Shown here piece after piece: positions 52,042 to 60,457 of a DNA stretch of 64,000 nt (position 1 is its first letter; the number at the start of each line of letters is the position of its first letter). Source of the DNA: Vicinamibacterales bacterium. GTDB lineage: Bacteria; Acidobacteriota; Vicinamibacteria; Vicinamibacterales; UBA2999. Where the stretch lies: assembly GCA_036742665.1 (NCBI GenBank), contig DAINQP010000004.1, positions 382-64,381 of the forward strand. Direction: 5' to 3'. The notes below the pieces were generated by a model. That model did no database searches and was not told the DNA's origin. It saw only the letters and a list, made by a program, of their open reading frames with translations. The translations under genes and the position numbers were made by a program.

Positions 52042-53285
52042 GGCGTAGGCGTTGTAGGCGTCAACGGTGCGCCGACGGCGCGCTCGAGATCTGCGATCGC
52101 GTTCTGCAGATCGGCGGCGGCCTGGATCGATCGCAGCCGCACGTCACGCGACGACTGCACCGCTTGCAGGTAGGCGGCGATGCCGGTTTGACCCAGTCGA
52201 TAGGCGTCCTCGGCCATGCGCTCGAGTTCGAGCGCCTGGGGGACGATCTCGTCGCGATACCTGACGAACTGCTGTCGCTGCGATTCAGCGACAGTTGCCG
52301 CGGCGGTCACCTCACCGGCGATGCGCGCCGCGGTGGCCTCGCGTTCGCTCGTCAACTGCGCGAGCGTCGCGTCCTCGAGCCGGACGGCGGCCTGGTGAGT
52401 GGTCAAGACCGGAATTGAGATCGCCACCGCCGCGCGCCATCCGGTATCGAACTCGGGCTGGGCGACTCTGGTCAGCGTCGCTTCCGGCGTGACGTCCGGT
52501 GTTCGCAGCGCATGCGCAAGCGCGACCCGCGCGCGCTGCTCGTCGATCCGCCGATCGATGGCGAGGAGCTCGGCGCTCGACTGGCGGGCTCTCGCCACCA
52601 CGGTTTCCACCGACAGCTCCGGCTCGATGTCCAGTGACGTTTCGACCGGCGTCGGCGCATCGAGGGGAAAGGCGAGCACGGCGTTGAGCCTGGCGCGCGT
52701 CGCATCCACCGTGCCGCGAGCCGCAGTCGCCTGGTTCTCCGCGTCGGACAGCGCCAGTTGCGCTTGCACCACTTCGAGACGCGGGACGCCGCCGGCGTCG
52801 AACCGCGCCCGCGCCGCGTCGCGCGCGCGCTGAGCCAGCATCTGCATGTCGATAAGGAGCGCGAGCCGGTTCTCCGCGATCACTCGCGCGATGAATGCGC
52901 GCCGCACGTCGGCGTGTACTTCGGCGATCGCGAGGTTCAATTCCGCCTCGCCAGTCTTGATCGCGGCATCCGCGACGGCGATGCGGCGGGCGCGTTTGCC
53001 CCCGAGTTCCAGCGGAACAGCGAGGGTGTAGCCCTCCTTTGGTGTTTCCTTCGAGGCTTCAAAGCGAACCTCAGGATTCAGCCGCTCGGCAGCGACGTCG
53101 CGCGACGCGATGTTGATCGGGCGGCGGAGCCGGGCGGCGATGATACGAGGATTGGCGGTGAGCGCGCGGGTCACCGCGGCGCTGTAGGTCAGGGCCGCCG
53201 CCGGCGACTGCCCCTGGTCTGCGGCCGCAGCGAGAACGGTCGACGCGAACGCGGCGATTGCAAACACCCGGCACGCATGGCGCAC
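52038..53285 (-). CDS. TolC-family outer-membrane efflux protein
   Basis: Signal peptide and two repeats of long helical hairpins. First gene of the TolC-MFP-RND operon, with 4-nt overlaps throughout. Confidence 0.8.
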   Translation of the reverse strand: MRHACRVFAIAAFASTVLAAAADQGQSPAAALTYSAAVTRALTANPRIIAARLRRPINIASRDVAAERLNPEVRFEASKETPKEGYTLAVPLELGGKRARRIAVADAAIKTGEAELNLAIAEVHADVRRAFIARVIAENRLALLIDMQMLAQRARDAARARFDAGGVPRLEVVQAQLALSDAENQATAARGTVDATRARLNAVLAFPLDAPTPVETSLDIEPELSVETVVARARQSSAELLAIDRRIDEQRARVALAHALRTPDVTPEATLTRVAQPEFDTGWRAAVAISIPVLTTHQAAVRLEDATLAQLTSEREATAARIAGEVTAAATVAESQRQQFVRYRDEIVPQALELERMAEDAYRLGQTGIAAYLQAVQSSRDVRLRSIQAAADLQNAIADLERAVGAPLTPTTPTP

Positions 53286-53320
53286 GCGCCAAGCATGCTA
53301 GGTGCAAGATGAATATTCGA

Positions 53321-54109
53321 TTAATTCGATCCGCACTTGCCACCGGGGCAGCGGTTGTTCTCCTGACAGACGTATTCGAACAATCCGTCCTTCTCCCATT
53401 CGGGCTTGGCGATGATTTCGAACTCCTGCGACCACGGTTTCGTGAAGATCTTCGGGTCGTCAATCGTGATCGTGTAGGAGATGGCAGTCGGGCTCTTCCA
53501 GCGTAAGCGCTCGATGGTGTGCAGCGCGTCGCTGTGCATGCGGAACTCCTCGCCATTCGTGTAGTGGTGATCGTCGAGCGCCCACCGCTTGAAGTTGGTG
53601 GTGTCGATCACCAGCGTGTCGCCTTCCCACTTGCCGACCGGGTCGCCGTCGTACATCGGTTCGAGGCCTTCGCGGTGTGGACGGCCGTCGAGCGGGATGA
53701 TCCGTGTGTTGCGCTGGAACTCGTGTACCCAGATGAGATGAGTCTTCGTCTGGAACAGTTGCATCGCATTGCCAGACAACACGCTGGCGGGGAAGCCGGC
53801 CGGCATGCAGAAGTCGCGCGGCTCGTCGTGCCTGGGATCACCGGTGCGCGGTTCGAAGAACGGCTCGCCACCTGGCTTGAGCGGGGCGAAGTTCTTGCTG
53901 TCGAAGATCGTCGCGTTCGAGCGACCGCGCGTGGCCCCTGGAAGATACGTCGGCCACTGGTACGTGCCGCCGAAGTCCGGCTTGCCGTCGGCGCTACGCG
54001 GGATTTGCGCCGGCTTCGCCGTGGACGTGTTCTGCGCGGAGAGCGGTGTCATCACCGTCAGCGCACCGAGGGCGAGCATCAGTAACAGCCAGCGTGTGTA
54101 TCGCAGCAT
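53321..54109 (-). CDS. Secreted hypothetical protein
   Basis: Signal peptide MLRYTRWLLLMLALGALTVMTPLSAQ. GC3-biased ORF with no diagnostic motif. Confidence 0.5.
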   Translation of the reverse strand: MLRYTRWLLLMLALGALTVMTPLSAQNTSTAKPAQIPRSADGKPDFGGTYQWPTYLPGATRGRSNATIFDSKNFAPLKPGGEPFFEPRTGDPRHDEPRDFCMPAGFPASVLSGNAMQLFQTKTHLIWVHEFQRNTRIIPLDGRPHREGLEPMYDGDPVGKWEGDTLVIDTTNFKRWALDDHHYTNGEEFRMHSDALHTIERLRWKSPTAISYTITIDDPKIFTKPWSQEFEIIAKPEWEKDGLFEYVCQENNRCPGGKCGSN

Positions 54110-54126
54110 GGTGACCTCTCAGGCGA

Positions 54127-54176
54127 GTGTGAAGACTCCCCTCTACGCCAGGCGGGTCTGAAGACCCGCCTCTACT
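54127..54176. repeat. REP family b: palindrome GGCGGGTCT-GA-AGACCCGCC with a CTCTAC tail, preceded by a half copy
   Basis: gaagactcccctctac gcca ggcgggtctgaagacccgcctctac. The tail supplies the TAG stop of the 54172-54567 gene. Confidence 0.8.
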
Positions 54177-54567
54177 TCGATTGCTGATCCGCGGCTGACG
54201 CCGTGAACACGTTTCGGCCGTCCTGATACGTCACGCTGCGGCCGAACCCGTTATGCGATCCGTCTTTCGCCCGGAATCCATCGACGTTGACGATCGCGCC
54301 GACCACGAGCTGTTCTTTGCGGATGCCGCGACGCATCAACTGCCCGGGCGCGCCGCCCGACAGTCCCCACAGCGTAGTGGTGCCGTCAGAGTTCTTCACC
54401 TCGACGTAGTACCAGATGTGCGGATTCGTCCACTCGACCTTCTTGAGCGTGCCGGTCAGCTTGATCGGCTGCGTGTCGTCGAACTCTGCGGCAAACGAAT
54501 GATGCGCGAGCAGTTTCGCGCCGCCGAGAAGACCGGCGAACAGTGCGATGAGCACGAGCGTCTTCAT
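54172..54567 (-). CDS. DUF6152-like small secreted protein
   Basis: MKTLVLIALFAGLLGGAKLLAHHSFAAEFD...KVEWTNPH pattern. The ATG at 54567 is preferred over the track start at 54627. Confidence 0.6.
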   Translation of the reverse strand: MKTLVLIALFAGLLGGAKLLAHHSFAAEFDDTQPIKLTGTLKKVEWTNPHIWYYVEVKNSDGTTTLWGLSGGAPGQLMRRGIRKEQLVVGAIVNVDGFRAKDGSHNGFGRSVTYQDGRNVFTASAADQQSK

Positions 54568-54632
54568 AACAACCTCGAAATAAAAGTCTAGTCCCTGACC
54601 GTCCTGTTCGAAAGCCTGGCCTCGCACGTTGA

Positions 54633-54809
54633 CTCAGTGGACGGCAAGACAAGCCGGCCGCCCCCCAACGGTCAGAACTGATCGGCACCATCGACCCGAA
54701 CGACTTCAGCTGGATCGAGATTCCCGGCAGCCGGGTGCAGAACCGCGGCACGATTCTGTCCCGCCTGCAGCGGTTCGAACGGGACGCCCCAGCGCTCACG
54801 CACTGGTGA
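54633..54809 (+). pseudogene. Orphan 3' gene fragment (58 codons, no start codon)
   Basis: A strongly GC3-biased frame, ..ELIGTIDPNDFSWIEIPGSRVQNRGTILSRLQRFERDAPALTHW*, opens directly after an in-frame TGA with no ATG/GTG/TTG. Confidence 0.3.
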
Positions 54810-54827
54810 GGAGCAGGAGCGCGTCCT

Positions 54828-54850
54828 CGGGTCTGAAGACCTGCCTCTAC
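54828..54850. repeat. REP family b copy (degenerate left arm)
   Basis: cgggtctgaagacctgcctctac. The tail supplies the TAG stop of the GH63-like gene (54847-54849). Confidence 0.7.
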
Positions 54851-57585
54851 GAGCCGTGTGGTGGTGCGGCTCGCTCGGCGATGAATCGCGCTGCCAGCGC
54901 CGTCCATCCCGTCTGATGACTGGCTCCGCAGCCGCGGCCGGTCTCGGCGTGGAAGTATTCATGGAACTGCATCAGATCCCGCCAATGCGGATCGTCGGCA
55001 TGCTTCCGATCGGTCCCGAAACACGGACGACGGCCTGAGCCGTCGCGGAGGAACAGCGAGGCAACGCGTCTCGAGATCTCCCGGGCGACCTGCTCGAGCG
55101 TCAAATGCCGTCCTGATCCAGTCGGGCATTCGACGGTGAACGCGTTTCCATAGAAGTGGTGATACCGCTCGAGCGCCTCAACCAGCAGGAAGTTGAGCGG
55201 CAGCCAGATCGGCCCGCGCCAGTTCGAGTTCCCGCCAAAGAGTCCAGAGGTCGATTCACCAGGGATGTAGTCGAGACGATGCTCGTCGCTGTTGAAGCGC
55301 AGGGTAAACGGGTGCGATTCATGAATGCGCGAGACCGAGCGGATGCCGAACGGCGAGAGGAACTCCTGCTCGTCCAACATGTAGCGCAGCATGCGGTGGA
55401 GCCGCTCGCGCGACGGGATGGCGAGCAGCCGGTGTGGTCCGTGGTGCGCCGACGTTGCCATACACGTGATGTGCCGGGCGAGGTCTGGACGATTGACCAG
55501 AAACCAGTCGAGGCGCTTCTTGAAGCCTGGCAGCGCGTCGATCGTCGTCTGGTCGAGGACCTCGACCGCGCAGAGTGGCAGCAGGCCGACCATTGATCGG
55601 ATGGGCAGGGGCACCACGTGCCCGTCGATCGAGAGGCGGTCGTAATAGAAGCCGTCAGCCTCGTCCCAGAGTCCGGTCCCCCCGAGCTCATTCATCGCAT
55701 CGACGATGGCCACGAAGTGTTCGAAGAACTTCGACGCCATGTCCGCATACGTCGGGTCTTCTCTCGCCAGTTCCAGCGCCATCGACAGCATCGTCGAACA
55801 GTAGAACGCCATCCACGCCGTGCCGTCGGCTTGCCGCAGTTGATGATTCGACGGCAGCTCTGAGCGGTTCAGGACGCCGATGTTGTCGAGACCGAGAAAG
55901 CCGCCAGAGAAGAGGTGACGGCCATCGACGTCCTTGCGGTTGACCCACCAGGTGAAGTTGAGCAGCAGCTTCTGAAAGACGCGAGAAAGGAACTGATGGT
56001 CGCGATGACCGGGTTCACCGGTCATCTTATAGACGCGCCATGCCGCCCATGCGTGGACCGGTGGATTCACGTCCGAGAGTTGCCACTCGTACGCGGGCAG
56101 CTCACCGTTTGGGTGCATGTACCACTCGCGCAGGAACAGCACGAGTTGATCCTTGGCGAACTCGGGATCGAGCGGCGAGAACGGAATCATGTGGAACGCC
56201 AGGTCCCACGCCGCGTACCACGGATATTCCCACTTGTCGGGCACACTGATGACGTCGCGGTTGTAGAGATGTGTCCAGTCCTCGTTGCGGACGTGCGCGC
56301 GTTCGGGTGACGGCGCCACATCGGTGGGATCGCCTTCGATCCAGTCCTTGACGACATAGTGATAGAACTGCTTCGTCCAGAGCAAACCTGCCGCGGCTTG
56401 CCGGCTCACCTGTCGTGCATCGCCGGTCACGTGCGAAGGGATCGTGGCCGCATAGAACGCATCCGCGTCGGCACGACGCTGCTGGAACGGCTGCTCGAAT
56501 GCCTCCCCGAACCAATCATCAATAGACGATGACGGAGTGGCGACATCGGCCAGCCGCACACGCACGACTGATGTCGCGCCGGCGAGCACCTCGAAGACGT
56601 AATGCAGCGCCGCCTTCGTGCCCGTCTGCTCAGGATTCATCGCCTCGCGACGGCCGTTGATGATCGCCTCGCCGAAGGCGTCCTTGACGAATGGCGTGCG
56701 ATTCGGGACGCCAAAGATGCGCTGATAGTTGGTTTCGTTGTCGGTGAAGAGCAGATCAGGGGCGTGCTTACCGAACGCATCGCCGCGCAGCTCGAAGGTG
56801 CCGAGCGTCACATGCTCGGCACGAATGCCGCGCACGCACCCTGCCCTGAGTGAAGGCGAAGGGTCTGCCCTGAGCGCATCCGCAGGGACTGCCGACATGT
56901 GCGGTCTGGGCCAGTACCCTTCGCCGGTTCGACCCCATGACCATGTGTTGCGGAACCATAGCGTTGGCAGCACGTGAATGCGCGCACGCTCCGGCCCGCG
57001 GTTGGCGACCTCGATTTGGATCAGGATGTCGTTGGCTGAGGCCTTGGCGTACTCGACCGTCACATCGAAGTATCGGTTCTCGTCAAAGATACCCGTGTCG
57101 CTGATCTCGAACTCAGGGTCGAGACGGCTGCGCCGGCGGTTCTCGTCGTAGAGCTGCTCGTAGGGAAAGGCCGCCTGCGGATACTTGTACAGCGCCTTCA
57201 TGTAGGAGTGGGTCGGCGTCGAGTCCAGGTAGTAGTAGCACTCCTTCACGTCCTCGCCGTGATTGCCTTCCTTTCCGGTGAGACCGAAGAGCCGCTCCTT
57301 GAGAATGACGTCGCGTTCGTTCCACAGCGCGAGCGCGAAGCACAAACGGCCCTGCCGGTCGCAAATCCCCAGCAGTCCGTCTTCTCCCCACCGGTAGGCG
57401 CGGCTTCGCGCGTGGTCGTGCGTGAAGTATTCCCAGACCGTGCCGCGGGCAGAGTAGTCCTCGCGGACTGTGCCCCACTGCCGCTCGGCGAGGTACGGAC
57501 CCCATCGCTTCCAATCCACTTCACGGGAGGTGGCCAGGGCGAGCCGCTGTGTTTCGGCGTTCTGTGGATGTTGAGGGCGAGTCAT
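54847..57585 (-). CDS. GH63-like (alpha/alpha)6-barrel glucosidase (MGH1/YgjK-related)
   Basis: WKRWGPYLAERQWGTVREDYS...WEYF.HDHARSRAYRWGEDGL...ALWNERD.ILKERLFGLT..EGNHGEDVKE.YYYLD N-terminal signature. ATG at 57585; track start 57681 is an alternative. Confidence 0.7.
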   Translation of the reverse strand: MTRPQHPQNAETQRLALATSREVDWKRWGPYLAERQWGTVREDYSARGTVWEYFTHDHARSRAYRWGEDGLLGICDRQGRLCFALALWNERDVILKERLFGLTGKEGNHGEDVKECYYYLDSTPTHSYMKALYKYPQAAFPYEQLYDENRRRSRLDPEFEISDTGIFDENRYFDVTVEYAKASANDILIQIEVANRGPERARIHVLPTLWFRNTWSWGRTGEGYWPRPHMSAVPADALRADPSPSLRAGCVRGIRAEHVTLGTFELRGDAFGKHAPDLLFTDNETNYQRIFGVPNRTPFVKDAFGEAIINGRREAMNPEQTGTKAALHYVFEVLAGATSVVRVRLADVATPSSSIDDWFGEAFEQPFQQRRADADAFYAATIPSHVTGDARQVSRQAAAGLLWTKQFYHYVVKDWIEGDPTDVAPSPERAHVRNEDWTHLYNRDVISVPDKWEYPWYAAWDLAFHMIPFSPLDPEFAKDQLVLFLREWYMHPNGELPAYEWQLSDVNPPVHAWAAWRVYKMTGEPGHRDHQFLSRVFQKLLLNFTWWVNRKDVDGRHLFSGGFLGLDNIGVLNRSELPSNHQLRQADGTAWMAFYCSTMLSMALELAREDPTYADMASKFFEHFVAIVDAMNELGGTGLWDEADGFYYDRLSIDGHVVPLPIRSMVGLLPLCAVEVLDQTTIDALPGFKKRLDWFLVNRPDLARHITCMATSAHHGPHRLLAIPSRERLHRMLRYMLDEQEFLSPFGIRSVSRIHESHPFTLRFNSDEHRLDYIPGESTSGLFGGNSNWRGPIWLPLNFLLVEALERYHHFYGNAFTVECPTGSGRHLTLEQVAREISRRVASLFLRDGSGRRPCFGTDRKHADDPHWRDLMQFHEYFHAETGRGCGASHQTGWTALAARFIAERAAPPHGS

Positions 57586-57721
57586 GTATGAGCCGGACCG
57601 TGAGTTAAACCGCACGCCATTATTTCTCGCAATGGGCACCGGTCGCGTCTCCTCGGGGATTTCCTGAGATGGCAACGACACGGGGGGTGTATACGTTGGA
57701 GAGTGGCCTTACAGTGTTGGG

Positions 57722-58447
57722 ATGAAAATCGAAGTCGCTGAGAGCGCTGACGCGCTGAGCCACGAGGTAGCGGAGCAGTTCGTGCGCCTCACGACAGACG
57801 CCGTGCAGACGCGCGGCCGATGCACGGTGGCGTTGAGCGGCGGGTCGTCACCGGGGGGCGTTTACCAGTTGCTGGGGGCGCCGGCGTTTCGTACGCGCGT
57901 GCGCTGGAACGATATCCATTTCTTCTGGGGCGACGAGCGTCACGTGCCGCCCGATCATCCGGACAGCAATTACCGGATGGCGGTGGAGGCGATGCTGTCG
58001 AAGGTGCCCGTTCCGCCGGCAAACGTCCATCGCGTACGCAGTGAACTGCCCGATGCCGAACGCGCCGCACGTGAATACGAAGAGACGATTCTCGCCTGCG
58101 TCAACGGTGAGCCGCCGCCTCGATTCGATCTCATTCACCTCGGGATCGGCACCGATGGGCACGTTGCGTCGTTGTTTCCTGGGAGCGCCGCGCTCGAGGA
58201 ACGCCAGCGGATCTGCGTCGCCAACTGGGTTGCGAAATTTGAAGGCTACCGCATTACGGTGACGCTGCCGGTCTTGAACGCGGCTCGCGCCGTCGTCTTT
58301 ATCGCGACCGGAGTGGAGAAAGCCGCCATCGTGCAGCAGGTGCTCCGGGATCCCGTGTCGTCGCCGTTACCCGCGCAACTTGTCCAACCGGCCGACGGCG
58401 AACTGTCGTGGATGCTCGATCGCGCAGCGGCAGGTGAGCAGACATGA
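57722..58447 (+). CDS. pgl: 6-phosphogluconolactonase
   Basis: VALSGGSSP...FFWGDERHVPPDHPDSNY...HLGIGTDGHVASLFP. Confidence 0.85.
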   Translation: MKIEVAESADALSHEVAEQFVRLTTDAVQTRGRCTVALSGGSSPGGVYQLLGAPAFRTRVRWNDIHFFWGDERHVPPDHPDSNYRMAVEAMLSKVPVPPANVHRVRSELPDAERAAREYEETILACVNGEPPPRFDLIHLGIGTDGHVASLFPGSAALEERQRICVANWVAKFEGYRITVTLPVLNAARAVVFIATGVEKAAIVQQVLRDPVSSPLPAQLVQPADGELSWMLDRAAAGEQT

Positions 58448-59076
58448 TCACGCGTGTCTTTCTGGTGAGACACGGTGCCACGACGCTGACGGCCGACGAC
58501 CGCTTTGCCGGATCCAGCGATGTGCCACTTGGCCCGGACGGGCAGGTTCAGGTCGAACGTTTGGCGGATCGCCTTGCCGCCGCGCCGCTGGCCGCACTGT
58601 ATTCGAGCCCGTTGCAACGTTCCGTCACGACCGCCACCGTTGTCGGTCGTCCACACGGATTGGCGCCGGTGCTGGGTGACGGTCTGCGCGAGATCGATCA
58701 CGGACGATGGGAAGGTCTTCGGCGGGACGAGGTGCAGCGCATGTATCCCGACGAATATGCCGCCTGGGAGCATGACCCGGTGCATGTCGCCCCGCAGGGT
58801 GGTGAGACCGGGAAACATGTCCTCGCGCGAGCGTTGCCGGTCATCAACGACATCATCCGGCGTCACGCCGGCCAGTCGGTCCTCGTCGTCGCGCATAAGG
58901 CGACCAACCGCCTGCTGATCGCGCACTGGCTGGGGTTCGACCTGCGAACCTATCGCGATCGCATCGAGCAATTGCCGGCCTGCCTCAACCTGCTCGACTT
59001 CAAAAGTCCCGACCAGGCTCGTCTGGTCCTCCTGAACGACGTCTCCCATTACGACCTCGCCGGCGCCCACGCCTGA
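58444..59076 (+). CDS. Histidine phosphatase family protein (phosphoglycerate-mutase-like)
   Basis: VFLVRHGATT...SSPLQRSVTTA...VVAHKATNR. ATGA overlap with pgl. Confidence 0.8.
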   Translation: MITRVFLVRHGATTLTADDRFAGSSDVPLGPDGQVQVERLADRLAAAPLAALYSSPLQRSVTTATVVGRPHGLAPVLGDGLREIDHGRWEGLRRDEVQRMYPDEYAAWEHDPVHVAPQGGETGKHVLARALPVINDIIRRHAGQSVLVVAHKATNRLLIAHWLGFDLRTYRDRIEQLPACLNLLDFKSPDQARLVLLNDVSHYDLAGAHA

Positions 59077-59079
59077 CTG

Positions 59080-59145
59080 AGGGTCTGACCCGGGGTCTGA
59101 CCCCGGGTCAGACCCCAAACACCGTTCTGACAACGGCGGTTGTCA
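59080..59145. repeat. REP family a, array C (three 12-nt units) plus the conserved downstream module AACGGCGGTTGTC inside the palindrome TGACAAC-ggcg-GTTGTCA
   Basis: gggtctgaccc ggggtctgaccc cgggtcagaccc c at 59080-59116; tgacaacggcggttgtca at 59128-59145. Same orientation and layout as array A (AACGGCGGTTGTC at 23299-23311). Confidence 0.8.
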
Positions 59146-59180
59146 GCTGCGGGTATGTCTACGCTAGGATGGGGGCCGAT

Positions 59181-59576
59181 ATGAAATTCATCCTGCTGGT
59201 TTACAACGATCCCGCCGCGCTCGAATCGCTGCCAGCCGGCGACTTCGACAACAAAATGCGGCACTGTCTCGCGCATGCCGACGAACTCAAGCACCACGGC
59301 CGTCTCATCGAGTCGCAGATGCTGGAGGATGCCTCCACCGCGAAATCAGTGCGCATCCGCAACGGACGACAGACGACACTCGACGGACCGTTCGCGGAGA
59401 CGAAGGAAGTGCTCGGCGGATTCAATCTGATCGAAGCCGAGAACATCGACGAGGCAATCCGCATGGCCGCCGAGTTCCCCTGGGCGCAGACGGGAACGAT
59501 CGAGGTTCGCCCGGTCCGGGACATTGAAACCGTGCGGCAGCGAGTCAACAGTGTCGCGGCCACGTCGTCGATATAA
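59181..59576 (+). CDS. YciI-family protein
   Basis: MKFILLVYNDP...DGPFAETKEVLGGFNLIEAENIDEAI. An alternative ATG lies at 59169. Confidence 0.75.
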   Translation: MKFILLVYNDPAALESLPAGDFDNKMRHCLAHADELKHHGRLIESQMLEDASTAKSVRIRNGRQTTLDGPFAETKEVLGGFNLIEAENIDEAIRMAAEFPWAQTGTIEVRPVRDIETVRQRVNSVAATSSI

Positions 59577-59588
59577 CCTTCATCACGC

Positions 59589-60434
59589 TTGATGTTCATC
59601 ACGCGCCGCCGTCTGCTGTACGCGTCCGCTGCGACGGTGGTGTCGGGTGCCGGCGTGGGACTGTACACCTGGCTGGTCGAGCCGCACTGGCTCGAGGTTG
59701 TCAGACGGCCTCTGCCGATTCGAAGCCTCCCTTCGTCGCTTCGCGGCCGCACGCTCGCACAGTTGAGTGACCTCCACGTCGGGCCGCGGGTGTCCGACTC
59801 GTACATCCTCGAGACGTTCAGTCGCGTGGCCGCTCTCGCTCCGGACATCGTTGTCTATACCGGCGACTTCACCAGCTACGACACGGACGTCTACACCCAT
59901 GCCGCGCGCGTCTATGCCGACGCGCCGCGCGGACGTCTGGCGACGTTCGGCATTCTCGGCAACCACGATTACGGCCAGAACTGGGCGCACCCAGAAGTGG
60001 CGGCACGCGTGACGATCCAACTCGAGGCGGTTGGCATTCGTATGCTGCGGAACGAGGTTGCTGATGTCGGAGGGCTGCAGGTCGCGGGCATGGATGAACT
60101 ATGGGCGCATCGCTTCGACCCGGTTCGCACGCTGGCGGCGCTCGACCGTGACCGGGCGGCGATCGTGCTCAGTCACAATCCCGATACCGTCGATCGTCCC
60201 GGGTGGGACGGCTATTACGGCTGGGTGTTGAGTGGCCACACGCACGGCGGTCAGTGCAAGCCGCCATTCCTGCCGCCGCCGCTGCTGCCGGTTGAAAATC
60301 GGCGATATACGTCAGGGGTCTTCGAGTTGTCGCGGGATCGGATGCTGTATATCAGCCGCGGTATCGGCCACCTTCTTCAGGTGCGTATCAACGCACGTCC
60401 GGAGGTAACGCTCTTCGAGTTGCAGTCCGCGTAG
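59589..60434 (+). CDS. Calcineurin-like metallophosphoesterase (YkuE-like) with a Tat-type leader
   Basis: TRRRLLYASAA leader; LSDLHVG, YTGDF, GNHDY and SGHTHGG motifs. The TAG stop lies inside a REP family b copy. Confidence 0.8.
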   Translation: MMFITRRRLLYASAATVVSGAGVGLYTWLVEPHWLEVVRRPLPIRSLPSSLRGRTLAQLSDLHVGPRVSDSYILETFSRVAALAPDIVVYTGDFTSYDTDVYTHAARVYADAPRGRLATFGILGNHDYGQNWAHPEVAARVTIQLEAVGIRMLRNEVADVGGLQVAGMDELWAHRFDPVRTLAALDRDRAAIVLSHNPDTVDRPGWDGYYGWVLSGHTHGGQCKPPFLPPPLLPVENRRYTSGVFELSRDRMLYISRGIGHLLQVRINARPEVTLFELQSA

Positions 60435-60457
60435 AGGCGGATCTTCAGACCGCCTAG
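60431..60457. repeat. REP family b copy bridging two convergent stop codons
   Basis: gTAGaggcggatcttcagaccgcCTAg. TAG for the + gene at 60432-60434 and TAG for the - gene at 60454-60456. Confidence 0.75.
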
